Assembly (NCBI GenBank): GCA_048938105.1 | Contig: JBHLMN010000005.1 | Coordinates: 207,036-239,035 of the forward strand | DNA length: 32,000 nucleotides | Source of the DNA: Promethearchaeota archaeon | Lineage (GTDB): Archaea > Asgardarchaeota > Heimdallarchaeia > Hodarchaeales > Hodarchaeaceae | Direction: 5' to 3' | Shown here: positions 17,656 through 26,778 of the stretch, in pieces | Layout of the letters: each line of letters opens with the position of its first letter | Numbering within the stretch: position 1 is the first letter of the stretch | Position numbers and translations under genes: made by a program | Notes under the pieces: generated by a model | Told to the model about the DNA's origin: nothing | The model's database searches: none | What the model saw: only the letters and a program-made list of their open reading frames with translations

Positions 17656-20600
17656 TCACATCTCTTCCTTCTTTTTTTGAAAATTGTGCTTAACCATAAG
17701 AAAAATCATTTCTCCCTGCAAAGAATCATTATCAATGGATATATTAGAATTTAACCATGATCCATCCCATAATTCAATCGAAACATTTTCTCCAGCAGAA
17801 ACCACCCCATTAATCGTTATACTATAAACTGGTTCATCTTGAGGTATACCAACTGCTTGATGTTCCCATTGTAAATGAAAATCATCAACCAAAAAAACAT
17901 TCTCTTCTGAACCATACAATATCTCTACTGCATTATTTACATCTAATGAAGAAGATAATGATGTTGCAGTCGAATTGCCATAATAAAGATAAATTACTTG
18001 ATTAGATGTAGATAAATCACCATCCAGCTCCACCCAGAACCGAGCATGTTTCCCAATAGTGCCATTAAGGAATCCTTTTGATCCCCATGCATACAGTTTC
18101 ACAAAATCAAAGTCTGATCCTGCAATATGCCACTCTGTATTATAAATTATAAGTTCCTGATCATATCCACCACGAGGAATAAGGCCATAATGCCACCCTT
18201 TTCCAGACACATAATCAAAAATCGTTTCTTCTAAGGTCCATATTTTACCATTCCAAGAATACTGAGCAAAATCTCTAGTTGGAGCTCCAATATATGCTGT
18301 AATATTAGTAGAATCATGAACAACAAAATCAATAGTAGGACTATTTCTATAAAATCCCTGATTCACTTCCTCTACAGCCGACCAAGATGAAGAAGTCTCA
18401 TTCCAATAACGAAACATAACCTTCTCTTGTCTTCCATCTATTATCCCCCACATAATATACGGATTTGAATTACTATCTACATGCACTGTTTCAGAAGCAC
18501 ATGGATCTGTTTCAGAATCATACACCCAGCATGAATACTGCTCAGTATTATTAATCATCGTTCCCATATCGTAATCAGAAGCATTAAACAGATGTCCTGA
18601 TGTTACATTTAAATAAGCATAAAAAATACTTTCATATTGAACAGATCGTGTGATATTATACCGTTTCCATACAAGATGAAGAATCTCTGGATTATTAGGA
18701 TCTAATTCACCCTGTTCTTGGTAAGGTCTTTCTGCATTTGCACCACCGTTTAGGTTCAAATCAATAATTGTTTGGCTATTACTCCACGTATATCCTCCAT
18801 CGGTGGAATTGCAATAAGCTATCACCAATCCTACACCTCCATAAATTTCACGATAATGTAAATGGACCACATCATTAGTAGAATCGTAAAAAAGATGTGC
18901 ATATGTTTGATCAGGACTCCCATCGTCTGATGTTCCCCATACGCCTGTCATATTCCCCTCATTCACATGAGTCCAACTTTGAATAGATTCAGGTGTTTGA
19001 GAAACATAGTGTTGAAAGTAGTCATTGTGGGAACCAGCAAACACATGAATATACCCATCATTAGTTACATAAACAGCAGGAGACCCATGACCATCAGTAT
19101 AACCAAGAACATTTTCACTAATATAAACCACATCTCCCCATGTGTCATTTTCATGGTCATAATAAGTAATATGTATATTCATATAATGTTGATTACTTGA
19201 TTGATCCAAGTCTCCCTGAAATACAAGATATGTTCGATTATTATAATAGTAAGCTGCTGGATAATTATAAGGATAATGTCCATGAAAAACAGAACTGTTA
19301 GTAAAATAGCGATAAGAACTATCTTCCTCATACGTCCTTTCAAGCCAATAATTAGGCAATGTCTTACCCTGATCATCAGTAAAACGAATATCATCAAAAT
19401 CCACTTGACACTTTCCATCAGTAAAAACGCGAATTCCATGATCTAAAGATGACTGAAAATAATCTCCATAGTAGACATCAAGAGGAATAACATAATTTTG
19501 ACCTGTTGAAACATCACGAGGTATAAATAACAATTTTCGATAATCCCACCCCTTTAACCATGATACTTTCTCAATATAAGTCACATTCACAAACGCATGA
19601 TGAGAATTCACATGTTCATACGCCTCCAATTGATTGTCAGTAGCAAGAGAATAAGATAGATACCGATCTAACGAAAATTGCACTCCAAAATAATTACCTG
19701 ACGACCAATCGGCTAAATTGACCTGATCTTGAAGCATATCGGTAATATCTGTTGTAATCCATTCCCCCGCATTCTTATTGAATGTATGATGAGCTATATT
19801 AGTATCTACAACCTCTGGAATTACTGAATCCCTCTCAAGAGGCCCAACATTACTCTCATTGATTCTTCGGATAGTAGCATCATATTCAATAAACTCTTGA
19901 ATTTCCCAAACAGTCACTGTGGCATATTGTATTGTTGAATATTGTGGAATAGCAAGACTCCAACGAAAATTTGAATACGCTCGCCCACGTTTGTCATCGT
20001 AACACAATCTTCCAATAGTTTCTTCCGTATGATGAGTCCATCCAGACTTGTATTGCCAATAATCATCATCCATCCCAGCTGCAATTGGAACGACAAGATT
20101 CCTAGATAACTCCTCCTGATAACTAATATTTACATACGCATGATGAGAATCTGGATGTGAATAATCTTCAAAACTATTACTAGCAGTTATTTCTGAAACC
20201 ATTATAAACCGAACTCCAAAATAATATTCTGACTGCCACCCAGCAAGATTTACCTGATCTTGCATCATTGCAGTAATATCAACAACCCTCCACTCATTTC
20301 CAGTTTTGTCCCATTCATAATCAACAGAATTTTGAGAAGTCACTACAGGCATTACGGTATCTGCCTCTAAAGAACCAACATTGGTTTCGTCAATACGCTC
20401 TACTATCGTATTACCAGTTGTACCATCCACAATTTCCCATAGTGTTAAAGTAGCTGATAATATAGTAACTCCCTGATTTAGATTAATCTGAAACCGCATC
20501 TGCCCAAAATTCGTTGCTATAGCTGAAAGATCCCCTACTCGTACTTCATCTGACGTAGTATAATGTGTATAAGCTCCCGCTTCCTCCTGATTTCCAAAAT

Positions 20601-21918
20601 CCATAAATGTAGAGGGATCATTTTGATTATTCCATTCTGTCAAAATCCAATCCGATGTCCGATCTGTACCAATAACTCTCATCTCATCTAAAGTACCATG
20701 CATGTCATTCTTTGGCCCACCCGTTACCCCAGCTAATCGAAGCTCTTCAGCCGTATTTTTCATGGCAATATAACTTCCACTCATCCGCCTAAAACTGGAA
20801 TTATCTTGACCATTTAGAAATACACTAAGACCTTCCTCTGTTGAATCACCGTTGTATACCCAATGAATTAAGTACCAATTTCCCACTTCCAAAGAATCAG
20901 AGCTATAAACACGTATATATGAAGAAGGAGAATCATGACCATAACATACAAGATATAATCTGCCATTAGACGAAAGGGTAGTGAAATATTCACGATTTGA
21001 AAAAGTTTTAGAAAAAATAATCTGCTCACGGTTTATCTCACTTGGTTTATACCATACACTTAAGGTAAAAGGAAAATCCTTTATTCCATTTCCAAATGAA
21101 AAGTCATCATGATCAGGAAGTTCAATGAACTTATCACTTCCATCGACATACTTTCCTCCTGCGATGTGTCCATCCGCATTCAGGGCACCATAATTCGTTC
21201 CATTATGATGATTTGTTGTGGAATCATCAAAATTGTATTCATTTAAATGCCATACCGCATGGTACTCATTATCCCAAACATTTTCCAAATCTTGTTGACT
21301 AGAAATAGTATTATTCCCATAATACATCAAAATTGTAGTATCACTACTTGTGGATAAAGATGGTATCCGAACCCATGCAGTTAATTCTCCATTTGTACCA
21401 TTATAGAATTCAATTTCATGATCTAACTGCGTTGTACCCTGATAAAACGCAATGTCATCTCCATCATCCTGTGCATAATCAGCTAAATCGGAATCAATAG
21501 TATTTATAAGAATAGTAAAATTTGTGTGACTGCCAGAACCACTAATATCATCAGAATCAAGTGTTATTTTTTTTCGATAATTCCACGTGTTAAAATATAA
21601 TCCTCCTGATATAAAGTTCCACATATCATCATCCGAATCATCCATTATCTCGGAAGATATTGTATGTTCTCCCACAAAAAACGGATTTTTCTCCGTAATA
21701 TTTTGAAATCCCCCATCTGACGATTCAGTATCACTATGATCGCCTGAACTTGAACTAGAATTCTCTGTACTGTCCGAAATAAATACTTTTGTATCTTTTA
21801 CATCTTCCATTGAACTAAGACTGTATAATATTAGCATACATACCAAAAAAACAGAAATTAAAACCAGCTTTTTTCTCCTATTACTCATTATCAACTCACT
21901 TTTTCTTCTCATTTTCAA
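17656..21918 (-). CDS. giant (about 1420 aa) N-terminally anchored surface protein: DUF2341-like + LamG/ConA-like + 2x ~160-180-aa repeat + DUF2341-like + BNR/sialidase-like beta-propeller region
   Basis: Anchor KKLVLISVFLVCMLILY. DUF2341 pattern WNYRKKITL...DGDDIAFY...WVRIPSL...ILMYYGN, and again WDYRKLLFIP...DFDDIRFTD. LamG pattern VWHLNE..DSTTNHHNGTNYG..GKYVDGSDKFIELP..FTLSVWYKP..WYLIHWVYNG..LSVFLNGQ. The track start is TTG at 21918; ATG at 21912 or 21888 (MSNRRKK...) are more likely starts. Confidence 0.85.
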   Translation of the reverse strand: MKMRRKSELIMSNRRKKLVLISVFLVCMLILYSLSSMEDVKDTKVFISDSTENSSSSSGDHSDTESSDGGFQNITEKNPFFVGEHTISSEIMDDSDDDMWNFISGGLYFNTWNYRKKITLDSDDISGSGSHTNFTILINTIDSDLADYAQDDGDDIAFYQGTTQLDHEIEFYNGTNGELTAWVRIPSLSTSSDTTILMYYGNNTISSQQDLENVWDNEYHAVWHLNEYNFDDSTTNHHNGTNYGALNADGHIAGGKYVDGSDKFIELPDHDDFSFGNGIKDFPFTLSVWYKPSEINREQIIFSKTFSNREYFTTLSSNGRLYLVCYGHDSPSSYIRVYSSDSLEVGNWYLIHWVYNGDSTEEGLSVFLNGQDNSSFRRMSGSYIAMKNTAEELRLAGVTGGPKNDMHGTLDEMRVIGTDRTSDWILTEWNNQNDPSTFMDFGNQEEAGAYTHYTTSDEVRVGDLSAIATNFGQMRFQINLNQGVTILSATLTLWEIVDGTTGNTIVERIDETNVGSLEADTVMPVVTSQNSVDYEWDKTGNEWRVVDITAMMQDQVNLAGWQSEYYFGVRFIMVSEITASNSFEDYSHPDSHHAYVNISYQEELSRNLVVPIAAGMDDDYWQYKSGWTHHTEETIGRLCYDDKRGRAYSNFRWSLAIPQYSTIQYATVTVWEIQEFIEYDATIRRINESNVGPLERDSVIPEVVDTNIAHHTFNKNAGEWITTDITDMLQDQVNLADWSSGNYFGVQFSLDRYLSYSLATDNQLEAYEHVNSHHAFVNVTYIEKVSWLKGWDYRKLLFIPRDVSTGQNYVIPLDVYYGDYFQSSLDHGIRVFTDGKCQVDFDDIRFTDDQGKTLPNYWLERTYEEDSSYRYFTNSSVFHGHYPYNYPAAYYYNNRTYLVFQGDLDQSSNQHYMNIHITYYDHENDTWGDVVYISENVLGYTDGHGSPAVYVTNDGYIHVFAGSHNDYFQHYVSQTPESIQSWTHVNEGNMTGVWGTSDDGSPDQTYAHLFYDSTNDVVHLHYREIYGGVGLVIAYCNSTDGGYTWSNSQTIIDLNLNGGANAERPYQEQGELDPNNPEILHLVWKRYNITRSVQYESIFYAYLNVTSGHLFNASDYDMGTMINNTEQYSCWVYDSETDPCASETVHVDSNSNPYIMWGIIDGRQEKVMFRYWNETSSSWSAVEEVNQGFYRNSPTIDFVVHDSTNITAYIGAPTRDFAQYSWNGKIWTLEETIFDYVSGKGWHYGLIPRGGYDQELIIYNTEWHIAGSDFDFVKLYAWGSKGFLNGTIGKHARFWVELDGDLSTSNQVIYLYYGNSTATSLSSSLDVNNAVEILYGSEENVFLVDDFHLQWEHQAVGIPQDEPVYSITINGVVSAGENVSIELWDGSWLNSNISIDNDSLQGEMIFLMVKHNFQKKKEEM
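19576..20589 (-). repeat. intragenic tandem duplication (two protein modules, 20119-20589 and 19576-20118) inside the giant surface protein
   Basis: Both units start QEE and end SHHA(Y/F)VN(I/V)(S/T)Y. They share (L/V)T(L/V)WEI, NVG(S/P)LE(A/R)D(T/S)V(M/I)P, GEW..(V/T)DIT.M(M/L)QDQVNLA(G/D)W and YFGV(R/Q)F. The period is 543 nt. Confidence 0.85.
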
Positions 21919-21936
21919 TTAAAGGTTTTTCTTTGA

Positions 21937-21963
21937 CAACTTCGTAAAAGGTTGGATTAATAC
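21937..21963 (+). repeat. 27-nt conserved motif, copy B (CAACTTCGTAAAAGGTTGGATTAATAC)
   Basis: Read directly. It lies 19-45 bp upstream of the start region of the minus-strand giant gene. Confidence 0.85.
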
Positions 21964-22223
21964 CATTCTCTTTTCTAGTAATTCAGGATTCTTATTCCTA
22001 TTTAGAATAAAACGACCTTTCCTTTTTTTTATATACGAATTCATTTATAATCATGCTAAAATATCTAATTCTTTTCTGTCAAGTCTAATTCACTTTATTA
22101 CTTATTTCGTGAGTTTTTTCTTTATAAGAAACTCATGTAATATACGTACCACATGCACTATTTAAAGCTTACGAAATACCCGTAACACCCGAAACTTGTA
22201 TAAAAGTGAATGTTCCATCGATA

Positions 22224-22373
22224 ATGATTGAAAATGTAAAACATTGCTTTGGTGTTCATAGTTCGAAAAAGCTCCATAGTTTTAATACATTTACATTTGT
22301 TTTCTCTGAAATTTCAGATTGTTTGGCAAACCATTCCCCGACAAAAGCGGGTTTGAAGGTCCCTTTGATATAA
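22224..22373 (+). CDS. micro-ORF 1 (49 aa), paralogue of micro-ORF 2
   Basis: Own translation: MIENVKHCFGVHSSKKLHSFNTFTFVFSEISDCLANHSPTKAGLKVPLI*. The C-terminal 33 aa are encoded by repeat copy 1. Weak SD (AAAGTGAA about 14 nt upstream). Confidence 0.25.
   Translation: MIENVKHCFGVHSSKKLHSFNTFTFVFSEISDCLANHSPTKAGLKVPLI
22275..22361 (+). repeat. 87-bp direct repeat, copy 1
   Basis: CATAGTTTTAATACATTTACATTTGTTTTCTCTGAAATTTCAGATTGTTTGGCAAACCATTCCCCGACAAAAGCGGGTTTGAAGGTC. 81/87 identical to copy 2, offset 187 bp. Contains a TATA-like TTTAATACA and the palindromes TCTGAAATTTCAGA and GTTTGGCAAAC. Confidence 0.9.
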
Positions 22374-22383
22374 TCTAGGTCAT

Positions 22384-22560
22384 ATGTTGAACTTCTTCAT
22401 AGAGTTGTACTTTGATGCAGGATTGGAAGTACCGTTCAGCTACTTCATAGATGAGTTTCGACATAGTTTTAATATATTTACATTCGCTTTCTCTGAAGTT
22501 TCAGACTGTTTGGCAAACCATTCCCCGACAAAAGCGAGTTTGAAGGTCACCCTGAAGTAA
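22384..22560 (+). CDS. micro-ORF 2 (58 aa), paralogue of micro-ORF 1
   Basis: Own translation: MLNFFIELYFDAGLEVPFSYFIDEFRHSFNIFTFAFSEVSDCLANHSPTKASLKVTLK*. AGGT lies 3 nt before the ATG. It falls just under the 60-aa track cut-off. Confidence 0.3.
   Translation: MLNFFIELYFDAGLEVPFSYFIDEFRHSFNIFTFAFSEVSDCLANHSPTKASLKVTLK
22462..22548 (+). repeat. 87-bp direct repeat, copy 2
   Basis: CATAGTTTTAATATATTTACATTCGCTTTCTCTGAAGTTTCAGACTGTTTGGCAAACCATTCCCCGACAAAAGCGAGTTTGAAGGTC. Confidence 0.9.
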
Positions 22561-22693
22561 TTCTATCTTGGTTAAATGAATTTTAATTCTTAAGTTGAAA
22601 TTTCTCAATCAAGAACCTACATTGTAAAAGCTATCTAAGTCGAATATCAAACTACTATATTCTTAGAAAAATTAGAATAAAAGGTGAAAAAAC

Positions 22694-22858
22694 ATGTCAT
22701 TTAGGAATGTTTCACGAAAAAAAATAGCACTTGCACTCCTGTTTCTAATAGTTTTAGGGATGGGTATCTGGGGGGGTGTCACTAACTTTTTTGACAGAGC
22801 TGCTACAATCGAACTGCTAAAAGAAAGACTTGGGTTGCTTGGTATCAACATAATATAA
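22694..22858 (+). CDS. small single-TM protein (54 aa)
   Basis: Own translation: MSFRNVSRKKIALALLFLIVLGMGIWGGVTNFFDRAATIELLKERLGLLGINII*. Strong SD AAGGTGAAAAAAC immediately before the ATG. Positive-inside N-terminus plus one TM. Confidence 0.45.
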   Translation: MSFRNVSRKKIALALLFLIVLGMGIWGGVTNFFDRAATIELLKERLGLLGINII

Positions 22859-23047
22859 CAAGTCTGTTCTTTGAAGAAAAAAGCCTAATATTAGTCGTTG
22901 CTTCTGGCGGAGGGAGTGAATTGTATTCCCGTCACATTGTTGGAATGATGGAAGACATTACAATCTTTACTATTGCATTGAGAAACATATTTATCAAGAG
23001 GCCTTAGTACTTTGAACCAAAATAACTTATATTGAGGTAAAATTATT

Positions 23048-25099
23048 ATGGAACCGCAAAAAACCATACTTTTACTCAATGCAAGTAACCTTAAGACTGC
23101 GTTGATGTATCCTTACGCGTTCGTTCAAGTTTCAGAGATTGCAGACAGATTTGGCATTCATACTGTCCGTAACGATATGTATGGGATTTCAGAAGACCAA
23201 TGGGAGGCCAATCTACAGAAGTTGCTTAAAAAAAAACTCTTCGATATGATATTAATTACATTGAGAAACACAGACACCTGTGATTCAAATGATTATCGTA
23301 AGCGGTCTAAGAATACTAATTACCACCAACAGAATGTTTTTCAACCACCTGAACCACTAAATTATTATCCAATCGACGCTACAAAACTTCTAATTCAAAT
23401 TCTTCGGAAACTAACTAATATTCCTATTGTCATTGGAGGATATGCTTTTTCAAAATTATGTTTGGTTATGCCAGAAAGGATAATGAAATACCTCCAACCC
23501 GATTATGGTGTCATTGGAGGGCCTGACGCCTTTTTTAAACATTTTGAAGACATATTAGATAGACAAGATTTAGATCAGATTGCCAATCTAGTCTATTATC
23601 ATTCAGGGGCTCTCCAAACAGGGCCACGCCAGTTTTTTCCCCCAGCACCCCGTCGTGAGTATACGGATGAAATCATTGCAGACCGACTGGTTTTCTATTC
23701 TAGGTTTCCAGGGGACAATGGAGAACTTAGCTCTGTTCCCATAGAAGCGGTTCGGGGTTGCGCAATGAAATGTTCATTTTGCTCAGAACCTTTAGTTGAG
23801 GGGAGAAAGGTACAACACAGAGATTTAGACGTAATCGAAGATGAAATCAACTTTCTTAGGAAGTATCGGTTGAATCAACTGTTTTTTATATGTTCTGAAA
23901 TTAACACTGACAGTAATGAATATCTGATGAACCTCGCAGATCGCATAATTGAAATTAACGAAGAGAGGGAGGAATACGAGAAAATATCATGGTACGTCCT
24001 ACATCTTATGACTCTCTCTACTGATGAATTGAAACACATCAGAAAAGCGGGTTTTCTCGAAGGTTCAAATGATGTTGTTTCTCTGGATGATAACAATCTT
24101 GCAGCAACTAAGGCTCCTCTAAGGACTAATCAAATCATCAGATTTTTTACTCAAGCAAAAAAACTGGTCAGGGAAGAGTTTAGACAAAATGGGAGAAAAT
24201 TTTACTCCTTAGAGGAACGTATATTCAGATATCCCCAGTCTTTGAACCCTGATGACTTTATGAATGCTTGGAATATCTTTCTCGGAAACATAGAAGTTAC
24301 CCCCAAAACTATCCGAACCACATTAAAAAGGGCAGATGAAGCCAAACTTAACCAATTCTTTGATTCTTGTTATGTTAATAAGGCAACAAGATTATACGAT
24401 TATATACATCCAACTGATGAAATATTAAAATACACATGGTCATCAGTCAACGGAATAGTCAAAAAATCATATAATGAACTGTATCCTTCTTTTGTATATC
24501 CTCCAGCACTTTTACGTCATTTTGGTAGTGATGAGGTTTTAGAAGAGTTTTTTGAATTGGTAGGAGATACTTACCTCTCGCTCAGACATCTCTTCAAGAA
24601 GGATTGGAATTGGTTTTTAGCTAATAATCTAGATTCAAAAACTTTCTTATTCTGGTGGAATTCATCAATTGAATCTCAATTTGATTTCAATAACTTTACA
24701 CAGATACCAGAGGTTCTGGATTTTCTCTCTTTTCTACGTAATAATCCTTCGGCAAATAATATCAACCTATTCTTCAATCCAACACCAGGTAGAAGGCCCC
24801 TAATGAATTTTGCAGCCAATATAGCTGTACAATTTGTGTTATTTTCTCAAGAAAAAGATCTTACTCCAATCATGCAGTATCTTGGCTTGCCTCCAAATCT
24901 TGAAGCCACTCTGAATCTTTCCCCCTACAAAGTTGCGGTGAAGTTCTTTGAACGTTATTCAAATAAAGATGAATTGTATTTAATCATAAATGAAAGTTCA
25001 TTTAACAAAGCTCTCTCTAGGTTCTTTGTTGATTACTTGATTTATCTCAATAATATTCCTTTCAAAGCTGAATATCAGATATTTTTTGTCCCTAGTTAA
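23048..25099 (+). CDS. B12-binding-domain (class B-like) radical SAM enzyme with a ~330-aa uncharacterised C-terminal extension
   Basis: N-terminal Rossmann-like unit (ILLLNASNLKTALMYPYAFVQVSEIADRFGIH ... DMILITLRN ... IPIVIGGYAF). CxxxCxxC cluster in VRGCAMKCSFCSE. No SPASM/twitch Cys cluster in the C-terminal part. SD GAGGT about 10 nt upstream. Confidence 0.85.
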   Translation: MEPQKTILLLNASNLKTALMYPYAFVQVSEIADRFGIHTVRNDMYGISEDQWEANLQKLLKKKLFDMILITLRNTDTCDSNDYRKRSKNTNYHQQNVFQPPEPLNYYPIDATKLLIQILRKLTNIPIVIGGYAFSKLCLVMPERIMKYLQPDYGVIGGPDAFFKHFEDILDRQDLDQIANLVYYHSGALQTGPRQFFPPAPRREYTDEIIADRLVFYSRFPGDNGELSSVPIEAVRGCAMKCSFCSEPLVEGRKVQHRDLDVIEDEINFLRKYRLNQLFFICSEINTDSNEYLMNLADRIIEINEEREEYEKISWYVLHLMTLSTDELKHIRKAGFLEGSNDVVSLDDNNLAATKAPLRTNQIIRFFTQAKKLVREEFRQNGRKFYSLEERIFRYPQSLNPDDFMNAWNIFLGNIEVTPKTIRTTLKRADEAKLNQFFDSCYVNKATRLYDYIHPTDEILKYTWSSVNGIVKKSYNELYPSFVYPPALLRHFGSDEVLEEFFELVGDTYLSLRHLFKKDWNWFLANNLDSKTFLFWWNSSIESQFDFNNFTQIPEVLDFLSFLRNNPSANNINLFFNPTPGRRPLMNFAANIAVQFVLFSQEKDLTPIMQYLGLPPNLEATLNLSPYKVAVKFFERYSNKDELYLIINESSFNKALSRFFVDYLIYLNNIPFKAEYQIFFVPS

Positions 25100-25169
25100 T
25101 TCAATTTAGAAGTCCTTTGGCTTAAAATGATAAATCCGAAAACTCATTCTTTGGCGTTAAGGTGAGGAA

Positions 25170-25397
25170 TTGAATTTATTAAAAATAGTAGGGGGTCTTA
25201 TAATCATATTAGGTGCTTGTATCACTTTAATAAGTCCCTTTATTTTGCTTGTTGGTCTCGGTATGTTAGAAAATACATCTGATACTTTTTTAGGATTTGA
25301 AATAACTCAATTCACTGGAATTGTGTTAGCAGGAGTGGTATTCATTGTTGGAGCTATCATAGTCCTCATTGGAAAAGGCCTCTGGGGACGAGAATAA
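25170..25397 (+). CDS. small membrane protein (75 aa, 2-3 TM)
   Basis: TTG start preceded by AAGGTGAGGAA. Sequence almost entirely hydrophobic (IVGGLIIILGACITLISPFILLVGLGML ... GIVLAGVVFIVGAIIVLIG). Confidence 0.6.
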   Translation: MNLLKIVGGLIIILGACITLISPFILLVGLGMLENTSDTFLGFEITQFTGIVLAGVVFIVGAIIVLIGKGLWGRE

Positions 25398-25563
25398 TCT
25401 CTATCTCTAAGAAACGTTTTCTAGAATAATTCCATTAAGACCAGAGACTCAGGGGACAAAATCTTTGTTAATGTTATTTCAAGGCATATAAAATACAAAT
25501 ATGTACATAATATTGATTTTTAAAGTCCGTTTTGATTAGTAAAATACATCACTTATTAATTAA

Positions 25564-26778
25564 ATGAATAAAGAAGGGTTAATGGTGGAGAAAACTGAAT
25601 CAAATTCTTTTGAGATTTTTCCTTACAGGTGGATTGTGTTAGTACTTTTTATGTTTGTTGGGATTCTTACCCAAATTATCTGGATAACCTTCGCACCAAT
25701 AATGAATGAAGTAACTAGTTATTATAATGTAACTAGTGACGCTATTTTGTTACTAGCTGCTAGCTTTATGATTCTCTATATTCCAGTGAATTTCCCTGCT
25801 TGTTGGTTAATAGATAAATACGGTTTAAAATGGGGAACTGGGATAGGTGTCATACTCACAGGTATTTTTGGCTTTCTAAGAGCATTTACAGGGACTAATT
25901 TTCTCTTTCTTTTATTTTGCCAGATAATGGTAGCTATTGGTCAACCTTTCGTTTTGAATTCATTTACAAAAGTTGCTGTCAACTGGTTCCCCGAGGAAGA
26001 GAAGGCTACTGCGACTGGTTTAGGAACTATGGCATTATTTATCGGGATAATAATTACGATGATTGCTACTTACCCCCTTTATGCGTTAAATGGTATAGAA
26101 TTTGTATTACTCGTCTATGGATTGTTGGCCTTGATTTCAATGATACTATATCTGTTATTTGTGAAAGATAAACCCTCACAACCACCCAATCCATATTTTC
26201 GGGAAAAAACGTTCCAAACTAAAGGAATGAAGAATTTATTCAAAAATAGAGATTTCAACTTACTCATCTTTCTATTTTTTGCTGGTTTAGGAATATTCAA
26301 CGCTTTATTGAGTGCTATTGATGATATTTTCATTAGGTTCTCTCCTGATACTGGGATAATTGGGGGATTGATCATATTGGGTGGAATTTTTGGTGCAGTT
26401 ATCCTTTCTTCTCTATCAGATAAATTCGGTAAGCGTAAAATCTTTTTGAATGTTGCTTTGATTGTAAGTACACCTTTAGTACTTCTCCTAGGGTTTACTG
26501 GTTCTGAGGATTTTATATTAACAGTAATATTAGCTTTTATCTTTGGTTTCATATTAGTACCGGCATTACCCGTTGGATTAACGTATGCAGCTGAAATAAC
26601 CCATCCTGTACCAGAAGAAAGCTCCAATGGTGTGTTAATGATGTTTGGTCAGTTAGGAGGGATAATATTCCTAATTATACCAGAAATGATTCTATTTGCA
26701 GCTGTCTTTGGAATAGCAGCCATTTTGAGCCTTTTAATGAAAGATTCAGATGCCTATCAGGTGAAAAATGACCAATAA
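25564..26778 (+). CDS. MFS transporter (12 TM), FLVCR/MFS_7-like by N-terminal pattern
   Basis: YRWIVLVLFMFVGILTQIIWITFAPIMNEVTSYYNVTSDAILLLAASFMILYIPVNFPACWLIDKYGLKWG resembles the FLVCR-type MFS N-terminus as I recall it. About 12 predicted TM with a central loop. An alternative start is ATG 25582 (MVEKTES). Confidence 0.85.
   Translation: MNKEGLMVEKTESNSFEIFPYRWIVLVLFMFVGILTQIIWITFAPIMNEVTSYYNVTSDAILLLAASFMILYIPVNFPACWLIDKYGLKWGTGIGVILTGIFGFLRAFTGTNFLFLLFCQIMVAIGQPFVLNSFTKVAVNWFPEEEKATATGLGTMALFIGIIITMIATYPLYALNGIEFVLLVYGLLALISMILYLLFVKDKPSQPPNPYFREKTFQTKGMKNLFKNRDFNLLIFLFFAGLGIFNALLSAIDDIFIRFSPDTGIIGGLIILGGIFGAVILSSLSDKFGKRKIFLNVALIVSTPLVLLLGFTGSEDFILTVILAFIFGFILVPALPVGLTYAAEITHPVPEESSNGVLMMFGQLGGIIFLIIPEMILFAAVFGIAAILSLLMKDSDAYQVKNDQ

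Noticed and set aside
18967-19446. Cluster of 77-86-aa ORFs on both strands inside the giant surface-protein gene (also 19914-20096)
   Set aside because: They are alternative frames of a continuous 1420-aa ORF with recognisable domains. Ile/Leu-rich nonsense composition.
26115-26627. 170-aa minus-strand ORF and the 84-aa plus-strand ORF (25917-26171) inside the MFS gene
   Set aside because: They are fully embedded in or antisense to a 404-aa ORF with a clear 12-TM MFS pattern. Their composition is low-complexity and basic, typical of shadow frames.
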